DNA from: Isurus oxyrinchus
Lineage: Eukaryota
Direction: 5' to 3'
NCBI GenBank assembly: GCA_026770705.1
Contig: JANJGN010000210.1
Coordinates: 62,001-126,000 of the forward strand
DNA: 64,000 nt
How positions within the stretch are numbered: the stretch's first letter is position 1; the number at the start of each line of letters is the position of its first letter. This document shows positions 23,880 through 38,559 of the stretch, in pieces. A program made the position numbers and the translations under genes. A model generated the notes under the pieces. The model was not told the DNA's origin. It saw nothing but the letters and a program-made list of their open reading frames with translations, and searched no databases.

Positions 23880-25270
23880 CTCTCTCTCCCTGGCTGCAGC
23901 CCCTAGTACAGCCCTCATCTCCGCTCCCTTAAGTCCAAGGGATGCAGACTTGAAAAGATACAGCGGACAATTGGTCTAAGCATCCACCCCCAGATCTTGC
24001 TGAAGCACATAACTCACTATAGGGTTCTCTTCTCACCTATAAAGCTCTCTAGTCTAGGATCATTCTCAAATACAAATATAACCCCAGGCTTTTTCTCTAA
24101 TGCAAATCATCTTTCTTAACCCTTCTTCCACGGTCTCCTCCACCCTCACTTCCAACAATAAGAGATAGGAGCTCACAGACTTTTGTCACTAAAATCAACA
24201 TCATCCATTCAGCTGCCTCTGCTGCTTCCTTCCCTTCCACTAGCCCAACTGGCCAAATTTCCTCTGAAGCTTCCCCCTGCCCCAGCCCCGAACATCTTTC
24301 TCTCGTTTTTCTCCTAACTCCTTCTCCGAACTTATCTTGTCCATGACACCCAGCTCTTGCTTTCTCAATATTAATGTCAACTAAACTGCTAACTATTCAA
24401 CTTCATCTCTTGGTCCCCATGTTAACAGATATTGTTAACAGATCTCTCCAGATGTTGTTCCTCTCTCCTCTAAATCTGCCATATCACCCCTTTCCTCAAT
24501 AAGCATCGATCAGTAAATAAGCTTTCCTCAGTAAATACTGGGAAGACTGAAACCATTGTCTTCAGTCCCTGTTACAAACTCCACTCCCTTTTCACTGACT
24601 CCATCCCTCTCCCTGGGAACTGTCTGAGGCTGAATGAAAAGCAATCATGGCAAAATATTTCACCCCAAGATGGGTTTCCATTCACATATCCGCATCATCA
24701 CCAAGACTGCCTATTTCCACCTCAGTAACATCGCTTGACTGCATCCCAGTCTCAACCCATCTACTGCTGAAACCATCATCCAATCCTTTATCACCTCTGG
24801 ACTTAACAACCCGAATGCACTCCCAGCCATCCTTCCAGATTTAACCTCCACCATCCAAAACTCTTGTGCTTACTCGGACCAAGTCTTGTTCACCCAGCAC
24901 CCCTGTGATCACTGATCTACAAAGGCTCCCAATTCAGAGGCAGCAACATTTTAAAATTCTCAGCCCTGTTTTCCTCCATGGTTACAATCATCCCTTTCTC
25001 TGTAATCTCCTCCAGCCACACAACCCTGCAAAATATCTGCACTCATCTAATTCCACCCTCTTTAGCATTCCTGATTTTATTTGCTCCACCATTGGTGGCT
25101 CAAGCTTGGAAATTGCTCCCAAATCTCTCTAACTTGCTTTCCTCTTTTAAGACACACCTTAAACCAACCTCTTTCACCAAATCTATATCCGAATATCTCA
25201 TTGTGTGGCTCAATATTAAATGTTGCTTTGTAAAATGTTTGTGAAATGCCTTGTTAAAGGCGCCAGATAA
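23880..25270 (+). mobile_element. Old L2-clade LINE fragments
   Basis: Pyrimidine-rich coding-strand composition and L2-like peptides (KTAYFHL, STPVITDLQRLP..FKIL, FKTHLK). Confidence 0.6.
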
Positions 25271-26559
25271 ACACAAATTGTTCCCGTTGATTTGGACATA
25301 CACCTTTCCTGCATCATCACTGGGTGAATAATCTGTAATTCCTTACCTAACAGCATTGTAGGAGCACCTTCACCACACGGACTGCAGTGGTTCAAGAAGC
25401 TCAAACATCATCTTCTCCACTAGCAACAGGTGACTGGCAATATATTCTGATATTGGTGGAGAGGGAAACAGAGTTAATGAGTCATGTCTGTAGAATGAAT
25501 TACAGGCATTAAAAATGGTGCAGAATTTGATGATCAATATAAGTTCAAAAGTGAAAGGGCTGGTAAGCCTGCAGCACATGTTCAGGGGATGGGCAGCAGT
25601 GGAAACCTCATTTAGACATGATCGGCAGAAGGAACAGTAAAATGCTAAACATAACTGAAATACATTCATTATTAGAGACAGAGGAAGTTAGACAATGGCA
25701 GAGAGGTGATCAGGGAAGAGAGAGTTGAAACAGAGCAATGGATGGACATGGATTCAGATCCACAGCAGAGGAATCAGACCAGCCCCAAAGCAGTAGTCAA
25801 AAATACTCACATCTGAAACAATTTCAGTTTTCAACATTAAAATCTCCTGCTGGAGCCTGCAGCTAGAAAGATATCAGAAGCACTGGAGGCAGAGAAAAAT
25901 CTCCCAGTTGAGGAAATACCCGGGGAGCAGGGTGATGTCACTGACCAATTGTCAGTGCGTGATGACATCACAGACACGAACACAGAACATCTGGGTCTGT
26001 GCAAACCAGTGATCACCACACATTATGAAGGATGTGAGGGCCTTTGGGAGGGGGCAGAGATTTATCAGAATAGTTCCAGGGATGAGGGATTTTAGTTGCA
26101 ATGTTAGGTTGGAGAAACTGGGGTTGTTCTCCTTGGAGCAAAGTAGATTGAGGGGAGATTTGATAGAGGTGTACAAGTTAATAATAGGTTTAGATAAGGT
26201 AGATAAAGAAAAGCTTTTCCCATTATTTGATCGTAAAAAATTATGGACACGGATTTACGATTTTGTGAAGAGATAAAGAAGGAATGTGAGGAATAACTTC
26301 TTTTTTATACAGTGAGTGGTAATGACCTGGAACTCAATGTTTACACTCAAAGGCCGATAAGATCCAGGCCCTGATGAATCGGGTCTGCTCTGAATGTGAT
26401 GCTTGGTTTGACTTTCCTGTCTGTAAATCCTCCCCTCCTCACCCTCTGTAAAAGGTGTTTCCAAAATCCATCCCTGTCAGTCCAGGATAGGAATTCACAC
26501 CATTCTCTCCTCCTGCTCCAGGATCAGTAGAGTGAGTTAAAGATGATTTCTCATTAACA

Positions 26560-26930
26560 AACCCATTGCTGCATTTCCTTCATTAACGCACATTTGGCCA
26601 CTCGGGCCTGGCACCGGGAGAAAGCCGGCAGCTGCCGTTCCGTTCGGTGCAAAGGCGAGCTCGGTACTTTCTTATTGGGGGTGTTGAGGCCTCCACTGGG
26701 TGTTGGTGAAGCCTCCGCTCCCACCCACTGCCCCTAACGCTGCATCCGCTTATCCGCCTCCTTCCCGCCTGAAGATGAGACAAACAAGCGTCTGTCCCTG
26801 GACATCACCCGCACTACGCATGCTCCAGATCACACTGCCCGAAGGGTGATTGACAGCAGCTCCGTACCAATAGGAAGAGGGGGCGGGGCTGAGCCCGAAT
26901 CTCTCTCATTGGCTAAAGCTCTGCATCATT
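26560..26930 (-). promoter_or_regulatory. CpG-rich housekeeping-type promoter, probably of a minus-strand ZNF gene
   Basis: Local CpG enrichment, NRF1-like ACGCATGCTC (26817), CCAAT (26868), GC box GGGGCGGGGC (26881); a ZNF-exon-start homologue lies at 26340-26450. Confidence 0.6.
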
Positions 26931-28499
26931 TTGGAAGCTGATTTGTCTCAAACTCCAGGAGAAAACTGGACCTTTCTGTTTGTGACTTTAACCAGATGAA
27001 ACCCTGTGGGTGTGGAGCAAACATTTCAACATTTGTTTGTGAAATGGATTCATTCAGGACAGACAGCAGGGATTATTTCAGGAAATTACACAGTGTAGCG
27101 ATTATTTCTCTTTGAACTCATCCCTTGGAGAACAGTGTGAATTAGTGGAAGAATTCACAGGTTGTTTAATGCTCCTTCCATGACTGGAACCATTTAATTC
27201 CAGCCGATCTGTTGGTCCGGCTTCAACTGGGAGAGTTTGATGAGTTCCCACAACTCACACAATTGGAGTGGACAGCCAGACCCGCTGGACACACCTATCC
27301 TGCCTGATAGCAACCCAGAATGAACTGGAGTCATCTCCACTCAGCAGGAGTGTCCGCAGTGGTGTTTCTGACTCAGGGGCAGGAATGTTAACAGTTATTT
27401 CTTATTAATAACCCCAAAACATGCAAAAGCCATCAAACTGGAATCCACTCCTTTTTACCTTCATCATTGTCCAAACGAAGTCTTAATTTTACTTTTGCAG
27501 CTTGTGAGAGCACGGAACTACAGTAGCTGTAGAAAACTCATTCTTATCTACCCTCTACCATATCTCACCCCATTCTCTCAGATTCATACCAATCCTGTCT
27601 TTGACCAGGATCCTAAAACTCATTGTGTTAGTTGATTACTGATTCAGGTTAAGGAGGGAGGTATTTGCATTGGAGGCAGTTCAGAGAAAGTTCGGTAGGC
27701 TAATTCCTGGTATAAAGGGGTTTGTCTTAAGAGGAAAGGTTGAGCAGGTTGGGTCTATACTCAGTGGGATTTGACAATGAGAAGTGATCTTACTGAAGCA
27801 TGTAAGATTATAAAGGGGCTTTACAGTGTAGATACTGAGAGGATGTTTCCTCTTGTGGGAGAACCTAGAGATAGGGCGTATTTAACACGTAACGGGCCTC
27901 CCATTTAAGACTGAGATGAGAGGAATTTCTTCTCTCAGAGGGTTTGACAGTCTTTGGAATTCTCTTCCCCAGTGAATTGTGGAGGCTGGGTCATTGAATA
28001 AAGTCAAGGCGGAGTTGAAGAGATTTTTGATCCACAAGAGAGTCAAGGTTTATGGGGGAGAAACAGGAAAGTGGTGTTAAGGGTACAGTCAGATCAGCCA
28101 TGATCTTACTGAATGGTGGAGCAGGCTCAATGGGTCAAATGGCCTACTCCTTCTCCTATTTCTTATTGTCTGCTTCCTGGGTCAGGATGGCTCTGCATGT
28201 ACTCTGCATGGCGGATGTGAGGGTGAACACGTTTACACGGTGAGTGGCATTGTCCTGGAACTCGCTGCCAATGGGAGTGCTGGAAGTGGAGATGAATTAT
28301 TTCAAACAGAAACTGGATGGACACTCAAGGGAAATAAACTTGCAGAGCAACAGGGTTAGAGTGGGGGAATGGGACTAACTGGATTCCTCGACAGAGAGCT
28401 GGTGTAGACCCCTGACCTGGAATCACTCGGTGACTCCATGAGTCCTGCTTTCTGCTTATTGTGCATTTGTAAGTTGATCTGTCCTGGTTTTATAAACCC

Positions 28500-28990
28500 A
28501 TTCAGGCCAATAATGGGTCAGGTAATTTCACAGTGATCCCAGTCAGCATGTTGTGGTCTGAACTGGGACTGGGACAGGTACTTTCTGTGAAGCTTCGTTT
28601 AACAGTTTGACCAACTCTGTCCAGGCTGGTGTCCATTCCCACTCAGCAATCCTTCTCAACAAAGCAAAGAGGGGAACCCTTAATGGGGCAAAACCCTTGA
28701 CAAAAACACCATCAATCCCGAGAATGACCAGACCACCTTCATAGTTGTTGGTGGGGGCAACTCCTGTCCAGCTTTTTTTAAATGTTATCAATGTTACCCC
28801 ACCACATAACTCATATTCATTCCTGAAACACTTACCTTCTCCTGCACCGATTTATTGAGATGAATCTTGAACCTTCCCTGGTCAATCCTTGTTACAATTC
28901 TCTCAGAAATCTCACATGACTCTCAATGCCCAGATTCAGCAACAGTAAATCATCCAGCTCCTGTATTAAACTGTCAGACTGATTAAACTG
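28500..28990 (-). mobile_element. Gypsy/LTR-retrotransposon pol remnant
   Basis: FVKGFAPLRVPLFALLRR..WEWTPAWTELVKLL resembles the RT-RNaseH connection. Confidence 0.5.
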
Positions 28991-29485
28991 ATTAGTCACA
29001 CTCCCCTGCCCTCTCCCAGAGGTCTGCAGAATGTACCTTTCAAGTAGAGATTCAATTCACTTTGGGAAGTTACAATTGAATCTACTTCCACCTTTCAGGG
29101 AGTGTGTTCCAGATCACAACTCACTCAGTAAAACGTCTTTCCTCATCTCCCCTCAGGCTTTTTGCCAATTATTTGACGTGGTCTGTTTACTCCTCACTTT
29201 TTGTTAAATCAATTTGCTGAGTGGATTCAGGTTTACATTTAAACCAAGTTTGTAGGTGTGATGGTCTATTCACACATCGAAGGTGGGAGAGATGCTGTAG
29301 GACTATAGACATTGTTAGAGAGATCAAGGGCATAACACACTGAATGTTTTTAATAATGACACTATTCACAATATTAAATGCTCACCATTATATGGGGTGA
29401 TTAACATCAGCAGAAACAAAGCCCAACTATCAGAATGAACATGGTTCATTTCTGGACGTCATTAACAGCAGAATCCAACCCCTGG

Positions 29486-30600
29486 AGTCACTTGTGGACT
29501 CGCCGGTGTCTCAGCAGGGTGGATGAGTGAGTGAATCCCTTCCCACAAACAGAACAGCTGAACGGATCCTCCCCATGTGAACTCGGTGGTGACTCTGAAC
29601 ATTGGATGAGCGACGAAATCTCTTCCCACACCTGTAGCAGGTGAATGGCCTCTCCCCGGTGTGGACTCGCTGGTGTGCCAGCAGGTTGGATGCGTGAGTG
29701 AATGCCTTACCACACTCGGAGCAGATGAACGGCCTCTCCCCAGTGTGACTGCGTTGGTGTATCAGCAGATCCCTTGTGCTTTTAAAGCCAGAATCACAGT
29801 CAGAACATTGAAAAGGCCTCTGAACAGTGTGAACAAGTTGGTGTGATGTGAGGTTGGTTAAACAAGTGAATCCCTTCCCACACACGGGGCAGGTGAACGG
29901 TCTCTCCCCAGTGTGAACACGGAGATGTTCAGTGAGATTGGATGACAGTCCAAATCTCTTCCCACAGTAAGAGCAACTGAATGGTCTCTCCCCAGTGTGA
30001 ACTCGCTTGTGTTTAGTCAGGGTAGATGATTTAGTAAAGTCCTTCCCACACATGGAGCAGGTGAATGGTCTCTCCCCAGTGTGAACTCGCTGGTGTGTTA
30101 ACAAGGTAGATAACTGAGTGAATCCTTTCCCGCAATCAGAACAGATGAACGGTCTCTCCCCGGTGTGACTGCAGCGATCAGTTTCCAGCTTGGATGGATA
30201 ATTGAATCCCTTCCCACAGTCCCCACATTTCCATGGTTTCTACGTGGTGTGGGTGTCCTTGTGCTTCTCCAAGTTGGATGATCAGTTGAAGCCTCGTCCA
30301 CACACAGAAAAAGGGGAACTTTTCTCTCCGCTGAGAATGATGTGATATTTTTCAGGCTCTGTAACTGGTTAAAGCTCTTTCCAGTCAGTTCACTGGATCA
30401 CTCTCACTTGGGTGTGTGTGTGTCTCGTTGCTTTTCCAGCCACACTGATGTTTGAAATCATTTCCTAGAGGCAAAAATTTCTTGTGCTGCATTCAAAGGC
30501 TGATGATATTCAGGTCCTGGTGAATCAAGTGACCGTCAGATCTTGACGTGATGTTTGATTTGAGTTTCATGAATGTAAATTTTCCCTGTCTTATGTCCTG
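29486..30600 (-). pseudogene. C2H2 zinc-finger gene, disabled (stops near 5' end, frameshift near 3' end)
   Basis: ORF 29511-30104 with tandem HTGERPFxCxxCGK repeats; in-frame TGA/TAG at about 30240-30285. Confidence 0.85.
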
Positions 30601-30884
30601 GAAAAGGAATTTACAAAGTCAAGCCTGTCAATCCAGGACAGAAATTCAGAGCAGACAATTCTAGTTTCTATGGAATATTTTTTCCTCTCTAGTTGCCCCA
30701 AAGCTGTAAATCCCCGTCCCACACACTCTCCCTCCTCCCTGGGCTGAAATCCAAACCCATTTCACCATCTCCAGCATTTCTTTCCTCCAATCCCAGTTTT
30801 CTCCCTCCCTCTCCTCTGCCTGGGATCAGTTCTCCAGCAGAGTGAGAATAAAATAAATGAGTCAATCATTTTCTCTCCTGGTCA

Positions 30885-31400
30885 CAGGGACTGTGACTCG
30901 CTTCAGCCCCACAAACAGCACCATTTACAGCAGAGAGAAACCATGCACATGTTTTGTGTGTAGTCAAGGCTTCATTGATCATCTCTCTTGTTAAAACACA
31001 AGTGCAATCACACTGGGGAGAAACTGTGTCAATGTGGGGATCTTGAAGGCAATTCAATGATCTGTCAGATCTGGAAACTCAATGCCAGTCACACAGGGTA
31101 GAGGCTGTTCTCCTGCACTGAATGCAGGAAAGGATTTATATCACACTTTCAGTCACACCAGGGACTGCACACTTACAAGAGACTGTTTAAATGTTCTGAC
31201 TGCAAGAAGAGATTGAAAAGCAGAAGGGATCTCCTGAAACACCAGTGAGTTCACACTGAGGAGGTGCTGTTCACCTGCTCTGTGTGTGAAAAGAGCTTCA
31301 CTCGTTAATCCAACCTGCAGACAGACTGATGAGTTGACAAGTGACAACTGGGGTTGGATTCTGCTGTTATTGCTGCTGTTAATCACATCGAGGACTGAAC
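30885..31400 (+). pseudogene. Highly degenerate C2H2 ZNF relic
   Basis: EKPCTCFVC, HTG, FKCSDCKK, FTCSVCEKSF fragments and the same 3' tail (GGGTTGGATTCTGCTGTTATTGCTGCTGTTAATCACATC) as the other ZNFs. Confidence 0.7.
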
Positions 31401-31429
31401 ACTGACTGTGACACTGAGGTTTATTTCTG

Positions 31430-32370
31430 CTGATCACAGAATCACACAATGCAGAAGAAGCCCTTCGGCCCATTGAGTCTGCACAAGTGAGAAACACGTG
31501 ACCTACCTACCTACCTAATTCCATTTACCAGCACTTGGCCCATAGCCTTGAATGTTGTGACGTGCCAAGTGCTCATCCAGGTACTTTTTAAAGGATATGA
31601 GGCATCCCGCCTCCACTATCTTCCCAGGCAGTGCATTCCAGACCATCACCACCCTCTGGGTAAAAAGGTTTTTCCTCTCATCCCTCTTAAACCTCCTGCC
31701 CCTCACCTTGAACTTGTATCCCCTCATGACTGACCTTTCAACCGGGGGAACAGCTTCTCCCTATCCACCCTGTCCATGCCCCGCGTAATCTTGTACACCT
31801 CAATCAGATCGCCCCTCAGTCTTCTCTTCTCCAATGAAAATAACCCAAGTCTATTTAACCACTCTTCATAACTTAAATGTTTCATCCCAGGCAACATCCT
31901 GGTGAATCTCGTCTGCACCCCTCCAGTGCAATCACATCCTTCCTATAACGTGGCGACCAGAACTGCACACAGTACTCCAGCTGTGGCCTCACCGAGGTTC
32001 TACACAACTCCAACATGACCTCCCTAATTTTGTAATCTATGCATTGATTGATAAAGGCAAGTGTCCCATATGCCTTTTGCACCACCCCACTAACATGCCC
32101 CTCCGCCTTCAGAAATCTATGGATACACATGCCAAGGTTCCTTTGTTCCTCAGAACTTTCTAGTGTCATGCCGTTCATTGAATACTTCCTTGTCAAATTA
32201 CTCCTTCCAAAGTGTATCACCTCATACTTTTCAGGGTTAAATTCCATCTGCCACTTATCTGCCCATTTGGCCATCCCGTCTATATCTTCCTGTAGCCCAA
32301 GACACTCAACCACACTGTTAACCATCTGGTCCATCTTTGTGTTATCCACAAACTTACGAATCCTACTTCT
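31430..32370 (-). mobile_element. CR1-clade LINE 3' fragment
   Basis: WQMEFNPEK, RPQLEYCVQFWSP, LFSLEKRRLRGDLIEVYKI, FTQRVVMVWNALP. Confidence 0.92.
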
Positions 32371-35300
32371 GAATAATCTTTAATCTTAATCGGGTGAAAT
32401 TTAATATTCTGGCTGTCGGTTTGCTTTACCTTGTATCCTTTCGTCACCAAATGAATTATATTACTTCAGGTTATGTTTGAGGTTTTGTGTGATGAAACAA
32501 ACAGTGATTTACTTGTACTTCTTGCAGCTCAGTTACTGTATTAACTGCTGACAATCTGGTCTGCTCTACACTGAGAAGATGAAAAACAGATTAGGTGGTC
32601 ACTCTGTGGAACAACCTCTGTTCAGTCTGTCAGCTTGACCCTGAACTTCCGGTCATTTGTCATTTTAATTCTCCACCCCACTCCCACTCTGACCCTCTCT
32701 GTCCTCAGCCTCTTGAACTGTTCCAATGAAGCTCAATGGGAGCTCGAGGAACAGCAGCTCATTCTTCAATTCTGCACTTTACAACCTTCAGAACTCAACA
32801 TCGAGTTCAGCAGTTTCTGCACCAACAGAGAGTTGTCAGGATCTGGAACTCTACCTGAAAAGGTGCTGGAACCTGAGTCTATGTTTGGACTCCGCTCACT
32901 GATCCTAGATTCCCCAACCAGTGGAAATAGTTCCTCTGTCTTCCCTGTCAGCTCCAATTAATATACCGAAAACTTGAACCAAATCACCTGTTAATCTTCT
33001 AAATTTCAGGGATTACAACTTTCACAGCGAGGTGATGGATTTTGACAGGAAGGATAGAGAGAGAAAGAAAATAGCGACCTCATGGCACAGGTCAAAACAG
33101 TGTACAGAGTCAGAGGGATCTGGCCCTTTATGTGCAGAGATTTTTTAAGGGTGACAGGATAGATTAGGAGAGCAGTTAGTAAGGGATTTGTAATCTTGGG
33201 CTTCTTAAATAGAGCTACTGAGTACAAAAGCAAGGAAGTTATGCCTAATCTTTGTTAGGCTCTGGTTAGGCCACAACCCGAGTATTTGTGTCCAGTTCTG
33301 ATCACCACACTTCAGGAAAGATGTAAAGGTCCTTGAGAAGCTGCAGAGGAGATTTAACCAAATGGTTCTAGCAAAGAGCTGAGGGCAGATTGATAGATAA
33401 GCTTTAGATAAGATTGACAAAGAAAATCTATTCCCATCAGTTGATTGTACAAGGACTAGGGGGCACAGATTTAAGTTTTTGGGTAAGAGATACAGGGGAA
33501 TGTGAGGGAGAATAGGCACTTGAGGGAAATAAACTTGCAAGGATACAGGGATGGCGAGCAGAGGAATAGGTCTCACTGGATTGCTCTGGAGAGCTGGCAT
33601 GGGCTCAATGGGCCAAATAGCATCCTCTGTGCCACAATGGGTCTTCCCTGTCATCTCATTTTGTAATTAAACCCATCGAGTTCAGGTATCACTCAGGTAA
33701 ATCTGTGCTACACTCTCTCCATGACCATTCTATCCTTCCTAAGGTTTGTTGCACAAAAGTGAACATATTATCTAGGTGTGGTCTAACCAGGGTTTGTGCA
33801 TCTTGGTGCTTTTCCACAGACAGAACAGACAAACCTTCTTCATTCCACATTCAGATGCTGATGATATACAGGAAGGAACCTTGGTTGAGGGATCAATAAC
33901 AAGGGAGCATAGATTTATGGTAAGGGCAGAATGTTTAGAGGGGATGTGAAGAAGAATTTTTTCACCCAAAGTGCTGTGGGAACCTGGAACCCCCTGCCTG
34001 AAAGGGCGGTAGGGGCAGAAACCCTCATAACAGTTAAGAAGTATTTGAATGTGCACTTGAGATGCCAAGGCATACAAGGCTATGGGCCTCGTGCTGGAAA
34101 ATTAGATTAGAATAGTTACGTACTTGTTTGGCTGGTGCGGGCTCGATGGGCCGAAGGGCCTTCTTCTGTACTGTAGACCTCTATGACTCTATGACTCTGT
34201 AACAGGGTCCCATGTCTTGTCCAACATTTATCTCTCAATCAACACCACAAGAACAGATTATCTGGTCATTAATGCGCTGCTGTTGGTAGGGGTTTGTGCC
34301 ATTTCCTACATTGCAACAGCGAATATACTTCAAAAGTACATAATTGCCTTTAAAACCCTTTGAGATTCCGGTGGTGGTGAAAGGCACTTTGTAAATATGA
34401 GGATTTGTTTCTTTCTCAATCCATGTCCCTGGTTATTGATCAATCTGCTCACAGAAATAGGTCCTTCCTATATTCTCCATCTCAATCCTTATAATTTTAT
34501 ATTCCTCAATTAAATCTCCTTTGCTTTCCCTGTTCAAAGAAAACAGACCCATCCTATCCAATATTTCCTCCTCACTCATTTTGATGTGAATAAGGTTCAG
34601 CAGGAGTTCTCCAATACTCTCCCCTAATCATATAAATCTGATCTTTCTCATCTGGATTGTGTTTGAACTGCATCCACTTCTCTTAGTTCCCCAGAAAGTG
34701 TCCATTCTAACCCTTTGACTCTGAGCAGTGTTGCTGGTACAGCGGTTTGACTGGAAATTGCCACTTTGAATACCATTATTCATTGTACACAAGGCCACAT
34801 ACCTGCCGTGCTTCCGGTGTAGCTGGGGACTGTTTTAACTCATAAACCAGCAACTGTGATGTGAATAATAGCATGCTGGAGAATGATTTACTTTGAGCCC
34901 CGTGATACCTTGGAGGAATGGCTCAAACCGAGGATGTTTCAAGGTCTCAAACTCCACCGACTGAGCTAACGGGACATATAGTGATGACATGTCCATATCC
35001 CTGGTCACAGTGAGATAACTGTCTGAATGCAATGGTAGAGAAGGAAATTGACCACCAGTAGCCCAAGGGTCCAATGCTTTCCCATCAATCATCAATAACA
35101 TCATTCACAGCTTCTGCTTCTCAGCCGCACCTCCTTTCAAACATTGTGATCCAGTTTCCTCAGGATTTGTTCCTGGATTTAATACTTACCTGCATTATGG
35201 CCACATTTTGAAATCAGATTCACTTCAATCTCCAACACAAGTTGAATTGCAAACCTAAAGGACAAACAATGGAAAACAAGTCAGTCCGTAACACAAGTCA

Positions 35301-38300
35301 CTTGGTTCTCATTTCCAGATCCACCACAATCAGCTTTTAAATCAAAGGAAAGAGTTTTGTAGTGAAAATATTTTGAAAGTTGTCATTTTTATTTGTGACT
35401 CACTCATTTGGGTATTCTGTAAATGATGCTCGGGGGTTTAGTGACCGGGATATAATCCACCTGTGTTTCCCTGAACCTGTGCTCGGTGCATTGGGAGGTT
35501 TAGCCCGGGTTGGAATATCTTGTGTCCTAGGGATGGGCAGTAACCTGCTGATTGAAGCTGCAATCGCTGCCTTCTGCTGGCAGCAGGTGATTGGAGAGTG
35601 TGGGGCCAGAATATTGCTGCTTTTCTGCTTTTCCCTGTCCCAGTCACTGTGGTGCTGGAGGAGGAGCGAGTGGGTTTGCTTGAATCCAATGACTTCATTG
35701 ATTTCCAATGGGTCAGACATAGGTACATGGTTGGTCTAATCGTTTACTCATTAAACTTGACGTGAATATACATGACAAAAAATTGCTTGCATGGGAATTC
35801 ACTAAATAACAGAAATACTTGCTTCGATTGTGAAATATTTTCTTGCAAGTAATGTGGACCCTGACAACCCAGAGCTGTGGGGGAATGAACGCTGATAAAG
35901 TGAAAACTCCACCCGTGGATGGACTTGAGTCACCAACCAAATAGCCAATTGCGCTTTAGAAACTGATGGCAACGCAATCTGTCAAGGTACCCGCTTAAAA
36001 CTTCAGATCATTACTGCCACATTAGCAATTGTTCTCAAAAGTTTCCTTCTTCCAAACAAAAGGTAGGAACATTCATTGTAGATACATGGAAACAGTTGAT
36101 TGAGGGATAAACATTGATCAGGAAGCAGGGAGAACTCCCCTGCTCTTCTTTCAAATAGGCTCATGGCATCTTTTACATTCTGGTGCCTAAATCCCGTCAT
36201 GTCTCTTCTTTCCCAACTGAATAGGAAAGGAGGGGTGTCACCAGACCTACACTGAGTCTCGATTTCCTCGCCTCCGTTGTAGTTTTTCCTCTTCCTCTAT
36301 TCTGAAGACCGACGCAAGGTGATTCTGCAGCAGGTCTGCCATTTCCTCAGTTTCAGTTACAGTATCCTTGCACCTGTCTTCAGGTGCTGTTAGCCAATAT
36401 TTGAGACGGGGAGTAAGTATGTTAATCTGCATCAATAATCCCTTTCGTTGACTGCACAAACTGCTAATCGGCCTGCCCAGTGACGGTTGAAAATGGTTAA
36501 TAACTTCCAGTGGTTAGTGTGTGGTGGAATCGCGGCTGTTTTTAATTTGTTGGATGTTATTCACCTTGACAAGAGGTGACACGTGGCTGTATGATGCTGT
36601 TTTTGATAACACAAGTAAATTAGCGAACTTCCCTTCACACTTAACAAACGGCTTTTGGCAAAGCTTTTTTTGCCGAGCTTCGAATGAGGGACTTTCTGTA
36701 TGTTAGGTGCACATGATAATCACTACACCACAGAAACGACACACTGCTGGGATCACAATGGACCTGTCCACAATGTTAACCTGTGCCGCCATGCAGCAGC
36801 ACTTTGGGTCTTTGTTTTGAAGAAATAGATTCAGCTGCTATAAATAGGAATGCTGGAGTCAGACTGATCCAACAATGTGATCATAAAATTACACAGCACA
36901 TTAGGAGACAATTCGGCCATCGTGTCTATGACAGCATTTCACAAAGAGCTTTCTATAACCTTGGTTTTTCTCGCTTTCTAGTCATTGTCCAGCTCCCTTT
37001 TGTAAACTGAATGAAGAGAAACAATATTGAAAGAGGTGCAGGAGTTTCTGCAGTGCCCATGTGCACCATGTGATCATTAACAAAGTTTCCCTGATCCAAT
37101 GACATCAAGAGTTGGACTCGAGATTCTCATATAATTTTTGAACCAAAAAATGTATTGATGCAGCTGATTTCATACCGAACTTTCAAAACAGGTTTATTCA
37201 GATCAAGCATGTCATCATTTTTCTCAGTCGCTCTGTACAATCTAATTCTCCTTGCTGTACAACCTGTTACAGAGACTGTTGTGGAAAAGAGGGAAAGGTT
37301 TGCTGCAGCTATACAAAGCCCTGGTTAGGTCACACTAGGAGGACTGTGGATAGTTTTGATAAAAGCACCTGATAGAGGATCAATACTTGCCTTGAAAGTT
37401 TCAGAGGAGCCGCATTGATTCTGTTGGTGGGTTTTGGAAACTGCAAGTTGTACATCCGCAGCTTGTGGCACAATTTCCCCTCACTGTTAACTTCATGTTC
37501 ATGTCGAACACACTCGATGCTGTTATTGGCTGAACAAATCTGTGTTTTAACTAAAATCGCTGTTATTCGGCGCTCCCACTCCCGCCGCCTGGGTTTGGCC
37601 CTCATCAGGGAACGTTTCCTTGTTGCTGTGTGAAGTGTCAAAATGAACTGATCCTGGAGTCTCTTTCCCCCGGGATCCACAAAGCCCGTCACTTCTCTTC
37701 ATCTTTCATTCTCACTTGTTCATTCCCAGTTTGAGTCGGTTCTCCTTTCGGCCCCTTCAACAAATCCATTTGGATGGACAAGTGGCAGCTGGAATTTGAT
37801 GGGAGGGAGTGTGAAGTGATTCATTTTGGTCGGAGAGAAGAGGAAACAGAAAATAAATTCTGCAATTTGAAAGGGGCTTCTTTGTTGCATAGTGAGTGGT
37901 TCGGATCAGGAATGAATCAACTCGGTTCAGCTCCACGAGGGGGTGGACACAGTTTTACCACCGCAAACTTCATTCACACTAGTTGTGTAGCTTCATATTA
38001 AAAAGGTTCAGAGAGAAAAAGCAGGTTGGAAAGATGCAAGAGGAAATTGTTTCTTTCTGTATGTTTTTTTCAGTGGAGACTGTTCCGTTACCGAGTCCCC
38101 ATATGCTACAAGGTGGAGGATGATTGAAATTTTCTGTCAAGGCAACGACAATTTCAGAATTGATCGTGGTGGCGAAGCCGAGCGGCTGAAGGCGCTGGAT
38201 TTAAGCTCCAGTTTCTATGGAGGTGCGAGGTTTGACAGAGTTTCAGACAGTTCATATTTTCAGTCAATTTAGCCAAATCCTTCAGTGTGTGCTCGGGACA

Positions 38301-38559
38301 AGTATAGTGCTCCATTCTGGAGGAAAGATCGAAAAGAGGCAGGAGGAATTGCAGGGCAGCCAGGAATAGGTGGGGCCACGTCTTCATTCTCTGCTATAGC
38401 CATTCTCTGATTTTATGTAGAGAACATTAAGAGGCACATGGCGCCTGAGTACAGAGCTGAGTTGCTCAGGAAAGGGGTTCGAAATCGTTTGGATTTTCCT
38501 GATGTTGGTTTAAATCCTCCAAACTACATTTCTCACTGTTCCTGTTTTAGGAATGAGTT

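Noticed and set aside
35182-35192. ATACTTACCTG, the 5' end of U1 snRNA
   Set aside because: Match stops after 11 nt; equally the reverse complement of a splice donor.
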